Below, piece by piece: positions 7,506-16,338 of a stretch of DNA of 64,000 bases. Positions within the stretch are counted from its first letter, which is position 1, and every line of letters begins with the position of its first letter. A program made the translations under genes and the position numbers. Below the pieces are notes generated by a model. That model did no database searches. It had not been told where the DNA came from and worked only from the letters and a program-made list of their open reading frames with translations. This DNA is from a virus. Location of the stretch: positions 1 through 64,000 of IMG/VR virus record IMGVR_UViG_3300045119_000200, one strand, 5' to 3'.

Positions 7506-8200
7506 AAAAATACATAGCATACTACAGAGTTTCCACAAAAGAACAAGGGAACTCCAACCTTGGTTTATCAGCACAACGACAATCTGTTCAACAGTTTACA
7601 TCCGACGGCCAATTAATTAAAGAATTCCAAGAAGTTGAATCCGGTCGTAAATCAAATAGACCAGTTCTTTTAAAAGCCATTGCTGAAGCAAATAAATTAA
7701 AAGCAACTTTAGTCATTGCTAAATTAGATCGTCTGGCAAGGAATGTTGAATTCGTTTATGCTTTAAAGAATTCCGGAGTAGATTTCATTTGCGCTGATAT
7801 GCCTGATGCAAATTCTTTAACTATTGGAATTATGGCGGTCCTTGCTGAGAATGAAGCTAAAACAACTGCTGAACGAACGAAATCTGCTTTGAATGTAATT
7901 CAGGACAAACTGTCACGTGGCGAAACACATATTTCAAAAACCGGACAAATTGTCACAAAGCTTGGTGGTAATCATAGAATTACTTCTGAAGAAAGAAATA
8001 AAGGATCGGAGATTCTAAAGAATAAAGCGAATAATAATCAAGACAATATTAAAGCTTTCGCTTTCATCAATGCTCTGGTAGAAGCCGGAGATAATTTTAA
8101 AATAATAACTGATAAACTTAATAACGCTGGATTTGTAACTTCCAGAGGAGGAAAGTTTTACGCAGCACAAACAAAAAGAGTTTATGAGCGATTTAAATAA
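7502..8200 (+). CDS. Serine recombinase (resolvase/invertase family)
   Basis: YYRVST (catalytic Ser), ESG...RP.L, KLDRLAR, E...ER motifs; C-terminal DNA-binding region. Confidence 0.95.
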   Translation: MKKYIAYYRVSTKEQGNSNLGLSAQRQSVQQFTSDGQLIKEFQEVESGRKSNRPVLLKAIAEANKLKATLVIAKLDRLARNVEFVYALKNSGVDFICADMPDANSLTIGIMAVLAENEAKTTAERTKSALNVIQDKLSRGETHISKTGQIVTKLGGNHRITSEERNKGSEILKNKANNNQDNIKAFAFINALVEAGDNFKIITDKLNNAGFVTSRGGKFYAAQTKRVYERFK

Positions 8201-8525
8201 AGAACCAATAGAGATCAAGGATCAAGAAGGAAAGATAATCGGATGGATTGATTTCGATGAATGGAATCTTGAAAAAGCTTGGTTGCAGAAGAGACAGGAT
8301 GAATGGTTGGAAGGATGTTTGTTCGGTTTCCCTGAAGCAACTGAAGAAGAGAAATATATGCGAGGTATCTCCGGAGTAATCACCAAAGAAAGAGGTTTGG
8401 TATTCTGGCATGACGATGGAAAGTTCTATGAGCCGGAAATCGAATACCCTGCATTGAAAATCCCTTTGACTGAAATAACTGAGAAATTAACAGTAATACG
8501 AGGGGCCACAAGCTTCGATTTTTAA
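8184..8525 (+). CDS. Hypothetical protein
   Basis: 113-aa ORF in operon. Confidence 0.65.
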   Translation: MSDLNKEPIEIKDQEGKIIGWIDFDEWNLEKAWLQKRQDEWLEGCLFGFPEATEEEKYMRGISGVITKERGLVFWHDDGKFYEPEIEYPALKIPLTEITEKLTVIRGATSFDF

Positions 8526-8526
8526 T

Positions 8527-8844
8527 ATGGGAGAAATAGCAGATTACTACAGAACTTGGGAGCAGGATGAAGATAGCTTCGTCGGACAAGAAAATAAAAT
8601 TCCAAGAGAAAAAATGGAGTCTATGTTCAATCCAAATTGGGTGACGTTACATGGACCTATTTGGATTACAGGCACTTTGAAAAGAATTCCGATACATAAC
8701 ATGACAACAAAACATATTCTTCATACAATACGCGCATGGTTAGGTTTAGGTAAAACAACTCCACCAGAAGGATGGTGTGGCGGAAAAGATATATGGCTTG
8801 ATTTATTAACAGAAGAATTATTAAGAAGGGATAAATTACGATGA
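8527..8844 (+). CDS. Hypothetical protein (MGEIAD.. type)
   Basis: I..M...HI...I...L..EL..R pattern seen in small phage proteins. Confidence 0.65.
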   Translation: MGEIADYYRTWEQDEDSFVGQENKIPREKMESMFNPNWVTLHGPIWITGTLKRIPIHNMTTKHILHTIRAWLGLGKTTPPEGWCGGKDIWLDLLTEELLRRDKLR

Positions 8845-9209
8845 TAGGATTAGGAATAACAAGAATAGTTCTAATTGTTGGAAATTATGCTTATAAATTT
8901 CCAACAATAATTTATGGGATGAAGAATTTTTTAAATGGGTGTTATTCAAATTGGGCTGAAAGAAAATTTAATAAAGATTTTAAATCAGCTAATTTTGAAG
9001 AAAATATGATTGATTATGTTGCGCCATCAATATTTTGCAGTTGGTTTGGTTTAATACAAATACAGAAAAGATGTGATGTATTAACAGAAGAACTATCTAA
9101 CGAAGAAAAAATATTTTTTAATCCCGTTAGTGGCGGTGATAATAAGAAAGAAAATTTTGGTTTTTATATGGGTAAAAAAGTATGTTTAGATTATGGACAA
9201 AATGTATAA
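8841..9209 (+). CDS. Minimal protein-kinase-like protein
   Basis: GxGxTR loop, AYK lysine, N..E, DNKKEN catalytic-loop-like, DYG. Confidence 0.55.
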   Translation: MIGLGITRIVLIVGNYAYKFPTIIYGMKNFLNGCYSNWAERKFNKDFKSANFEENMIDYVAPSIFCSWFGLIQIQKRCDVLTEELSNEEKIFFNPVSGGDNKKENFGFYMGKKVCLDYGQNV

Positions 9210-9387
9210 CACAACAGAAAAAGCGAACAACATAATTCATAAGTCCAGAGACTTCGGCACCAAAAGAGAATTGGCTATGGAACTGGGAATTTCTCGTCCT
9301 ACACTTGATACACGACTGGATGAATCAAGTAAGTGGAAGAAACTGGAAATCAAATGGATTGATAAACTATACAACGATTTAAAATGA
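9193..9387 (+). CDS. Helix-turn-helix DNA-binding protein
   Basis: KRELAMELGISRPTL HTH. Confidence 0.8.
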   Translation: MDKMYNTTEKANNIIHKSRDFGTKRELAMELGISRPTLDTRLDESSKWKKLEIKWIDKLYNDLK

Positions 9388-9824
9388 CACAACAGGAAAT
9401 TATACAAAGGATCTACGGAGAATATTATGAACATAATCATACGATGATTGATGAATGGGGAAGAATGAATGTAGAAAATGTTCGAACCAAATATGATGAT
9501 CAAAGCAAGGAATTCGAAATATTCTGTAGAGATCTTAGAATTAGAAAATTTGTTTGGGAAGGAATTACATATCTTCAACCTGAAGCATTATCTAATCTGG
9601 CTCCGGAACCGACTCCGCAGATGACTAAACAGGATTTGGAATTTATCGATCAAATAGCAATTCAAACAATGTTGTTTTATCTTCATCTTCAGCAGCCGGC
9701 ATCATTCAAAGATTCTCTCAAAGCCTCACGAGTTGCTTATCGTCAGGCTTTAGCTATGTGGGATGTCAAAACAAATGGTTTACAGGGCCTTGCAGACGAA
9801 GAAGGAATTAAAGTAATAGTCTAA
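9384..9824 (+). CDS. Hypothetical protein
   Basis: 146-aa coupled ORF. Confidence 0.65.
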   Translation: MTQQEIIQRIYGEYYEHNHTMIDEWGRMNVENVRTKYDDQSKEFEIFCRDLRIRKFVWEGITYLQPEALSNLAPEPTPQMTKQDLEFIDQIAIQTMLFYLHLQQPASFKDSLKASRVAYRQALAMWDVKTNGLQGLADEEGIKVIV

Positions 9825-9861
9825 ATTTTTTTGTATCTTTGCTTCAATAAAAGTTACAGAG

Positions 9862-10095
9862 ATGACTGAATCAAAAATAATCAAGATAAATTTAAAGAAT
9901 TTTGTCGAGGAATTGTTGATAGCGTTTTCATCAAATGATGAAGATTCAACAAAAGAACTTGACGAGAAATTCAAGCACTTTTATGCTTCGGAAACGGATG
10001 ATATGAAAGACAACGTGAAACATTACATCAAAGGCTGTAAGCTGGTTTCAGAGAATAAATGCCTTATAAAATACTTCGAACAATTTTCTATGTAA
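9862..10095 (+). CDS. Hypothetical protein
   Basis: Follows promoter at 9834. Confidence 0.6.
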   Translation: MTESKIIKINLKNFVEELLIAFSSNDEDSTKELDEKFKHFYASETDDMKDNVKHYIKGCKLVSENKCLIKYFEQFSM

Positions 10096-10148
10096 AATAT
10101 TATTCGTATATTTGCAAAAGTAATTTATAATTAAACAAATTTAAAAAT

Positions 10149-10688
10149 ATGAGAAGTTCACTTAAAGCATTGAGACCTGTAAATCTTAGTTTAGTTGGAG
10201 CAATGGACCCAGCAGCGATTGGAGGTGTATATCACAAAGTTAGAGAATTAGAAGACAGATATGAAAACAGTCTTAATGCTGCCGGAGTAAGTGTAGGATT
10301 GACAGATTTGACAGCTGCTAAGTGTGTGATTACAGTTAATCATCCATGGAAGATTTATGTATTCAATTTAACGACAGTTTTTGCAACGGGTACATATACG
10401 TTCTCCTTTGTTGAATCGGCACCTAATACAGAATCGGTTGTGGATGTTACAAGCATTGATGTAACACCTGCTACTGCCACAATAGCTGTCGCTGGTACAA
10501 GACAATTGGTTGTAGCGTTTACTCCAAGTGATGCATCATCTAATGCTGTCACTTATACATCTTCTGATGTAACAAAAGCCACTGTAAGCGCGTCAGGTTT
10601 AGTTACCGGAGTTGCTTCAGGTTCAGCTACAATTACAATTAGATCTGCAAATGGTAAAACAGATACAGTAGCGATTACAGTATCATAA
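10149..10688 (+). CDS. Virion protein with C-terminal bacterial Ig-like (Big_2) domain
   Basis: VTSIDVTP...P.DA....VTYTSSD...ATVSASGLVTGVASG.ATIT. Confidence 0.88.
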   Translation: MRSSLKALRPVNLSLVGAMDPAAIGGVYHKVRELEDRYENSLNAAGVSVGLTDLTAAKCVITVNHPWKIYVFNLTTVFATGTYTFSFVESAPNTESVVDVTSIDVTPATATIAVAGTRQLVVAFTPSDASSNAVTYTSSDVTKATVSASGLVTGVASGSATITIRSANGKTDTVAITVS

Positions 10689-10725
10689 CAAAATAGGTTT
10701 TGCCACCTCGCTTCTTCGGAAGCAT

Positions 10726-10797
10726 GCTCCGTTCATCTATCGGTTAGGATCTCAGGTTTTCGACCTGATCAGGCGAGTTCGATTCTCGCACGGAGTA
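10726..10797 (+). tRNA. tRNA-Glu(UUC)
   Basis: Acceptor GCTCCGT/ACGGAGT, anticodon arm TCAGG-TTTTCGA-CCTGA, T arm GCGAG-TTCGATT-CTCGC. Confidence 0.88.
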
Positions 10798-10840
10798 CAC
10801 ATTTTTTCATAAAATAGGTTTTTAAGATTAATACGGAAGG

Positions 10841-10869
10841 TGCCTCAGATTAAGTTCTGGGGCATTTTT
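10841..10869 (+). terminator. Intrinsic terminator
   Basis: TGCCTCAGA..TCTGGGGCA hairpin followed by T-run. Confidence 0.6.
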
Positions 10870-10895
10870 CGTATCTTTGTATTAAATAAAATAAA

Positions 10896-11447
10896 ATGAC
10901 ATTAGTGAATAATGGTTTACCTTATAATCGCAAAGGTCAGCCACTAAAGAAGATTCGGAAGTATCATAATGTGAGAAATACCAAACCTTTAGCTAAGACT
11001 GAGACAGAAAGGGAATATGATTTTCTAAAGTACATCAGAGTAGTTTTTAGATGGGCCACTGAGCACACTGGTTTATCAAGACCAGAGATTGAAGTAATTT
11101 TATATCTCTATTCCAAAGGAGTTTTTACCAAAGCTGAATTTGCGGACTATTATAAAACAATTGGTTTGACTACGAAAGCCAGATGGCAAAAATACATGGA
11201 TGATGGATGGATCAGAGAATGGAGAACCAGTAAACGGAATATGAAAGGGCTGTTTGATCTCACTAGTAAAGCAAAGATAGTATGCAGCAAAATGCATCAA
11301 ATGTGTGTTGGTGATATGGACATTCCGACATCACGAAGATCTAATCCAATGAATAGAAACAAGGATATTAAGATCAATGCACATTACACGAAATTGTTCA
11401 AGCAAATGAATGCTGAACGTAATAAAACAAAAGAGGAGGATGAATAA
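10896..11447 (+). CDS. Conserved phage protein, possible winged-helix regulator
   Basis: LS..EIEVILYL...FTK.EF...GWI..WR, MarR-like pattern. Confidence 0.55.
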   Translation: MTLVNNGLPYNRKGQPLKKIRKYHNVRNTKPLAKTETEREYDFLKYIRVVFRWATEHTGLSRPEIEVILYLYSKGVFTKAEFADYYKTIGLTTKARWQKYMDDGWIREWRTSKRNMKGLFDLTSKAKIVCSKMHQMCVGDMDIPTSRRSNPMNRNKDIKINAHYTKLFKQMNAERNKTKEEDE

Positions 11448-11462
11448 CACCCTCCTCTTTTT
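11431..11462. terminator. Bidirectional terminator
   Basis: AAGAGGAGG...CCTCCTCTTT between convergent genes. Confidence 0.75.
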
Positions 11463-12051
11463 ATTTTGAACCTTTGCTTAAATTACATTTAGCATGAGCC
11501 CATTGTACATTGTTTATTGAATTTAAACCACCTTTGATTAAAGGTATGATGTGGTCAAGATGTATTTTAGATTTATCTGACCAATCTAAAGGTTTGTTAC
11601 ATATTCCGCAAATTTCTTTTGGTAACAATCTTAAATTCCTTGCTGTGATCGTTCCATCTGATAATTTTTTTGATCTGGATCTTCGCTCACTTTTATAAAT
11701 TCTGTTTTTATCAGGATTTTTATCATGCCATTTTTTGTTTATTTTCGATCGTTTTTCAGGATTGTTTCTATTCCAAGTAGTTGCTCTTTCTAACGCTTTA
11801 CTATTATTTTTCGTTTTGTTTTGACAAATTCTACAATATGGATGATAACCAGATTTACGAGATTTATCTTTTGTAAATTCTCTTTGTGTTTTATGTTCTA
11901 AACATTTTTTACACTGAACTTTATCTTGGTCCTTTTTTCCTTCCGCCTTCACCGGCTCTCCCTCTGTTTGTTGAAGATTTGACAAATCTATTAACCGCAT
12001 GATCATAGTCTTTATTTTTGATATCCTGCCCTTTCTTTTTTGCTTCAGCAC
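11461..12051 (-). CDS. HNH (homing) endonuclease; start uncertain
   Basis: CxxC motifs, HLDHIIPL..GG.N...N....H..CN..K. Confidence 0.88.
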   Translation of the reverse strand: MLKQKRKGRISKIKTMIMRLIDLSNLQQTEGEPVKAEGKKDQDKVQCKKCLEHKTQREFTKDKSRKSGYHPYCRICQNKTKNNSKALERATTWNRNNPEKRSKINKKWHDKNPDKNRIYKSERRSRSKKLSDGTITARNLRLLPKEICGICNKPLDWSDKSKIHLDHIIPLIKGGLNSINNVQWAHAKCNLSKGSK

Positions 12052-12175
12052 GTTTCTGATTGGACTCAGTTCTTTTTTTCACCTGTTCCGGTCTTGCCCC
12101 AAGTTTTTTGTCATATTCTTGTTTTTTCTTTCTGGCTTCCGGATGGGTCTGATAATATTTTGTACTTGCTCCCAT
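11921..12175 (-). CDS. Small basic protein with degenerate HNH-like motif
   Basis: KDYDH....S.NR, Lys/Arg-rich; minus-strand promoter TAACTTTG at 12209-12216. Confidence 0.7.
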   Translation of the reverse strand: MGASTKYYQTHPEARKKKQEYDKKLGARPEQVKKRTESNQKRAEAKKKGQDIKNKDYDHAVNRFVKSSTNRGRAGEGGRKKGPR

Positions 12176-12329
12176 AAAATTTTAACTTAATTATTTTTCG
12201 TATCTTTGCAAAGTTACAAAAAATTTTAACACGATGGTTATATTGCAATAATTAACGTGTTAAAAATAGATAAATAAAAAGCAGATATGAATTTTTCGTA
12301 TCTTTGTAAAATAATAAATTTTTTAAATT

Positions 12330-13085
12330 ATGACAATTATTGAAACTGGTAGCAGTGACAAATTATTCAAAAAAGACGGATATAATTACCGATTGGGTAT
12401 GTATGAAGTGTATTACACTACAGAAGCAGATGGTGTTACGGTGCTAGTTGGTATCAGACATATTTACGGAGTTCATACTCTTGTTTCCCCTATTGAACCG
12501 GAAGATTATCAGGTTAATGGATCAACATATTCTAGTAACGATTTAAATTTGCTTGTTTCAGATTTGAGCGAAGTGTTAGGATATAATTTTGGAAACAGTG
12601 GTGGCGGAGGAACCATTCCTACATTCCAACAAGTATTAGAAGCCCAAGATGACATAAGAGCAACTCTAGCTGTTGATACAACAAGTTATGTAAGAGGATC
12701 TCAATTGATTGGAGATTTATTAGCATTGAATACTCCAAGTAATGGTAGTCAGAGTTCAATAAGCGCGTTAAATGTTACAGCATCAAGATCTTATGATCTT
12801 CTTGATAAGTCTGGAACATTAGCAATGATTGAGAAATACACAACTTATTATGAAACATTAACTTCTGATATTTGGAGTGATAATAATTCCCCTGTTTACA
12901 GATTTACATTTTCTGGATTAACTTCAGATCCTACTGTAATAGAAGGAGAACCTTTACCAGCAGATCTTATTTCAGCTAATATTGGTGACCCTAATAATAT
13001 TATGATAACAAGATTAAACTATGTTAGAAATGGTAATGGTGTATGGAATGGCTATGTTATAATAGAATATTATAAAATATCTTAA
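12330..13085 (+). CDS. Putative virion/tail-fibre-related protein
   Basis: Gly linker + PTFQQVL motif, LLDKSGTLA fibre-like repeat; own promoter and terminator. Confidence 0.5.
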   Translation: MTIIETGSSDKLFKKDGYNYRLGMYEVYYTTEADGVTVLVGIRHIYGVHTLVSPIEPEDYQVNGSTYSSNDLNLLVSDLSEVLGYNFGNSGGGGTIPTFQQVLEAQDDIRATLAVDTTSYVRGSQLIGDLLALNTPSNGSQSSISALNVTASRSYDLLDKSGTLAMIEKYTTYYETLTSDIWSDNNSPVYRFTFSGLTSDPTVIEGEPLPADLISANIGDPNNIMITRLNYVRNGNGVWNGYVIIEYYKIS

Positions 13086-13089
13086 CACT

Positions 13090-13119
13090 AATAGGTAGGT
13101 GTAAAAGCCTACCTATTTT
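13090..13119 (+). terminator. Intrinsic terminator
   Basis: AATAGGTAGG...CCTACCTATTT. Confidence 0.75.
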
Positions 13120-13131
13120 AATTTTATATAA

Positions 13132-13617
13132 ATGGATAATATAACAAAACAAAGAATAGAAAAACTTCATCCTAGTGTTAGGAATGAGATTTTACAAATA
13201 GTATCAGAATGCGATAAAGCATTGACAGGCAGAGCCAAAGTAAGAATCGCACAAGGAATGAGAACCTTTGCTGAACAAGATGCTTTGTATAAACAAAGAC
13301 CAAAAGTAACGAATGCTAAAGGTGGTCAAAGTATTCATAATTATGGATTAGCAGTAGACATCGTTTTAATTATTGATGGTAAAACAGCAAGTTGGGATAC
13401 AGCTAAAGATTGGGATAACGATAAAATATCCGATTGGATGGAAGTCGTAAAGATCTTTAAATCCCATGGTTGGAATTGGGGAGGCGATTGGAAATCATTC
13501 AAAGATCTTCCTCACTTTGAGAAAGCTGTATTTGTAGTAAAAGGAAAACAAATTAAAACCGATTGGAAAAATCTTAAAGATCTTCCAAGAGATAAAGACG
13601 GATACATAATTCAATAG
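13132..13617 (+). CDS. Endolysin, peptidase M15 (L-Ala-D-Glu endopeptidase, CwlK-like)
   Basis: R...EQ..LY, SIHNYGLAVD, WGGDW..F.D.PHFE. Confidence 0.93.
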   Translation: MDNITKQRIEKLHPSVRNEILQIVSECDKALTGRAKVRIAQGMRTFAEQDALYKQRPKVTNAKGGQSIHNYGLAVDIVLIIDGKTASWDTAKDWDNDKISDWMEVVKIFKSHGWNWGGDWKSFKDLPHFEKAVFVVKGKQIKTDWKNLKDLPRDKDGYIIQ

Positions 13618-13922
13618 TGATGATTAACAAAGAAGAGTTTTTAAAATTAATATTCTATTTCGCAGCAGCAGCCACAGCAAGCTTAATCAGATTCCTGAGA
13701 AATGAAAAGAAATCATTTTCAGTATTTATGGTGGAAATGCTTATGGGTGCTTCATTTGCCTTCTTTGTTGTTCCAGCAATTGTAGATTATTATGGATGGT
13801 CACTGTATTATGGTACAGGTATAACATGGTTACTTACAATGCTTTCAGAGAGTGTGTTAAGAAAAATAGAAAGTAGAATCAATAAAAAGATAGATGATGT
13901 CGCTGATAATATTGATAAATAG
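13617..13922 (+). CDS. Putative holin
   Basis: Three hydrophobic segments, charged C-tail, follows endolysin. Confidence 0.7.
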   Translation: MMINKEEFLKLIFYFAAAATASLIRFLRNEKKSFSVFMVEMLMGASFAFFVVPAIVDYYGWSLYYGTGITWLLTMLSESVLRKIESRINKKIDDVADNIDK

Positions 13923-14229
13923 TCTGATCTGTTTGATCACAGGAGTACTGTTCTATTTTTACATTCATGAGTTTAAAGATGAACTTACAAAAGGCAGAAC
14001 AATTACATATTTTATCTTAGGAGCCTACTTTATTTTTAGTGGGTTCTTTGGATTAAAAATGATACTATCAGAACCTTTTTCAATAAAGAGTTTTGATATT
14101 TATAATACTCTTCATATATTTGCGTTAATGCATCTATTGTCGAATATTGGATTTACAATATTTATTACTAATTCAATAAAATACGAGAAAAATGTTATTA
14201 ATGATAACAAAAATAAAAGCAGTGTTTAA
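13894..14229 (+). CDS. Second membrane protein of lysis cassette (holin/antiholin-like)
   Basis: Three TM segments, overlaps both neighbours. Confidence 0.55.
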   Translation: MMSLIILINSLICLITGVLFYFYIHEFKDELTKGRTITYFILGAYFIFSGFFGLKMILSEPFSIKSFDIYNTLHIFALMHLLSNIGFTIFITNSIKYEKNVINDNKNKSSV

Positions 14230-14923
14230 CTGGTGTAAAAGGAACATGAAAGCGATTGTTCCATCAATTCTTTTGATAGGAATGATAATCTTTCATTTCT
14301 TTTGGACTTATAATCCGCCTTTGGAATCTCCAATGGTAATAAGCCCTATAACCAAACCAGTTATTTTTAACAATGGTCAGAAGGGCCAAACTAAAGTTTA
14401 TACGCCACAAACGTCTTCTCCGGAAGCATCTGGTTTTTCAGAACAGTTTGTAAACGATACAATAAATAAGATAATGGGGATCAAGAATAAGGAAATCCTT
14501 GCTATCAATCAAATAAAAGGAAAATACGTTGATTCATTAGATTATGTCAAAGAAGAACGCGATGAACAAAACAGAGTCATCAAATACTACGAATCTAAAA
14601 ATGCAAATGGTCGTGTTATCGGGAGTGGCAAGACTGTGGATGGCAATACAATGGTTATTACGGGTGATCTCGACTTAATAAGCGCAGTTCGAAAAGCACC
14701 TAATAAAAAATCTCGTGACAGTTTGGTGTTTTATGACCCCGATCAGAGATTTACAGTTAACCAGTCGAAGGAGTTTACTTATGCCATTCCTGAGAAAACT
14801 GTCACCAAACGATGGACATTTGGGATCAGTGTTGGTGCCGGTGTAGTAGTTCCAAACTTTGATACAAAGAAAACAACCTTTGGTGGATACATTGGAGGAT
14901 CAGTAAATTATAACTTTAAATAA
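14192..14923 (+). CDS. Putative spanin-like protein
   Basis: N-terminal TM helix, C-terminal amphipathic beta-hairpin ending YNFK, last gene of lysis cassette. Confidence 0.5.
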   Translation: MLLMITKIKAVFNWCKRNMKAIVPSILLIGMIIFHFFWTYNPPLESPMVISPITKPVIFNNGQKGQTKVYTPQTSSPEASGFSEQFVNDTINKIMGIKNKEILAINQIKGKYVDSLDYVKEERDEQNRVIKYYESKNANGRVIGSGKTVDGNTMVITGDLDLISAVRKAPNKKSRDSLVFYDPDQRFTVNQSKEFTYAIPEKTVTKRWTFGISVGAGVVVPNFDTKKTTFGGYIGGSVNYNFK

Positions 14924-14929
14924 TAAAGA

Positions 14930-16033
14930 ATGGGACAAATAAAAAATACGAGCAAGTATCCTAACGATACAGACATAACTGGAAACGAGTCTGTCATTGG
15001 AAGTGATAATGACAACAATGGTAAAACAATGAATTATAAGCTGTCAGATTTAGCAGCTTATTTTACTGAATATTTTAATTCTCAGAATCAAAGTGTTTCT
15101 TTATCTGGAAATATAACTGGTGGAAATGGAGTTGTAGTTATTTCTACCACTGCTCAACCATCATTAATTAATGATAAACCGGTCGCCACAGAAATGTCTG
15201 AAGGAGGTCAGTTTTTATATTTGGATGTTGATGGAACTTTGAAGAAGTTAGATGCCGAAATAATTATAAGTAGTGGTGGATATGTACCACCAACTTATAC
15301 ACCTATTACATTAGTCGGATCAGGTCTTGAATTTGTTGATACATTATCTACGAATAATTTAGGTCATATTATTGCTGCATCAGTAAGAGCGATTCAAGAT
15401 TCAACAATAACACAAAAAGGAGTAATTAGAATAGCCAATCCTTCTGAATACGGAGGAGGTTCAACAACATTAGCTTTACCACCAGCAGCCTTAACAGGGA
15501 TTATTTCAGGGACATTAAATTTTTTACCAAAATTTACAGGAACTAATACCATTGGTAATTCTGTAGTCAGAGAATCTGGTGGAAATATCGGAATAGGAAT
15601 TACTCCGACTTCTGATAAGTTAGCGGTTGCCGGAGTAGTATTAGCAGATGGTTTTAAATCGCCTTTAAATAGCGAATTTTCAGTTCATACTACTGATGGA
15701 GGAAGTGTTGAAATGGGAACCAATCTTATCATAGATTCTGGTGTTATGTCAGTAAAAGCTTTTAATTTGAACACTGACGTAGGTGTTACAATACCTACTA
15801 ATAAAAGTCAATTAAGTTATGTAACATTTACAGGATCTAGTCCAGCTACTATATTCGTTCCTGCATCACCTGTTGTCGGTATGAGAATTGATGTCTATAA
15901 CAGTGGTACAGCAGATCTTACTGTTAATATAAATGGTGCGATTATCGAATTGGTAGTTGGAGACGGATTAAGATTATATTTCAATGGTATTAAATGGGTA
16001 GCGTTCACAGTAGAAAAAATATCATTTTATTAA
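14930..16033 (+). CDS. Tail fibre-like structural protein
   Basis: GTLNFLPKFTG.NTIGNS, GNIGIG...P...L.V.G, TQKGVIRIA fibre motifs. Confidence 0.7.
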   Translation: MGQIKNTSKYPNDTDITGNESVIGSDNDNNGKTMNYKLSDLAAYFTEYFNSQNQSVSLSGNITGGNGVVVISTTAQPSLINDKPVATEMSEGGQFLYLDVDGTLKKLDAEIIISSGGYVPPTYTPITLVGSGLEFVDTLSTNNLGHIIAASVRAIQDSTITQKGVIRIANPSEYGGGSTTLALPPAALTGIISGTLNFLPKFTGTNTIGNSVVRESGGNIGIGITPTSDKLAVAGVVLADGFKSPLNSEFSVHTTDGGSVEMGTNLIIDSGVMSVKAFNLNTDVGVTIPTNKSQLSYVTFTGSSPATIFVPASPVVGMRIDVYNSGTADLTVNINGAIIELVVGDGLRLYFNGIKWVAFTVEKISFY

Positions 16034-16082
16034 AAAATGCATCACTCTAAATTTTTCGTATTTTTGTATAAATTTAAATAAA

Positions 16083-16337
16083 ATGAATAATACTCAAATA
16101 CGAAAAGTTTCTGTGGGTAATGGGCATCCAGATCAAATGATGCATTACCAAGTAGGTAAAGTCTACACGATCAATAATAAACAATTTGAACTTACTGATA
16201 TTCTACTGGTCCAAGAACTTTTGGAAAAAGGAATTCTAGCCTATCATCTATATGTATTTGATGGTGAAGTAAGACTATTGTGGAAAACTCTGATCAACCT
16301 TCCTATGGTGATCGAAAACAATATTTCATTCGAATAA
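16083..16337 (+). CDS. Conserved hypothetical protein
   Basis: IRKVSVG...MHYQVG...LWK....P..IE, first gene of packaging operon. Confidence 0.7.
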   Translation: MNNTQIRKVSVGNGHPDQMMHYQVGKVYTINNKQFELTDILLVQELLEKGILAYHLYVFDGEVRLLWKTLINLPMVIENNISFE

Positions 16338-16338
16338 T

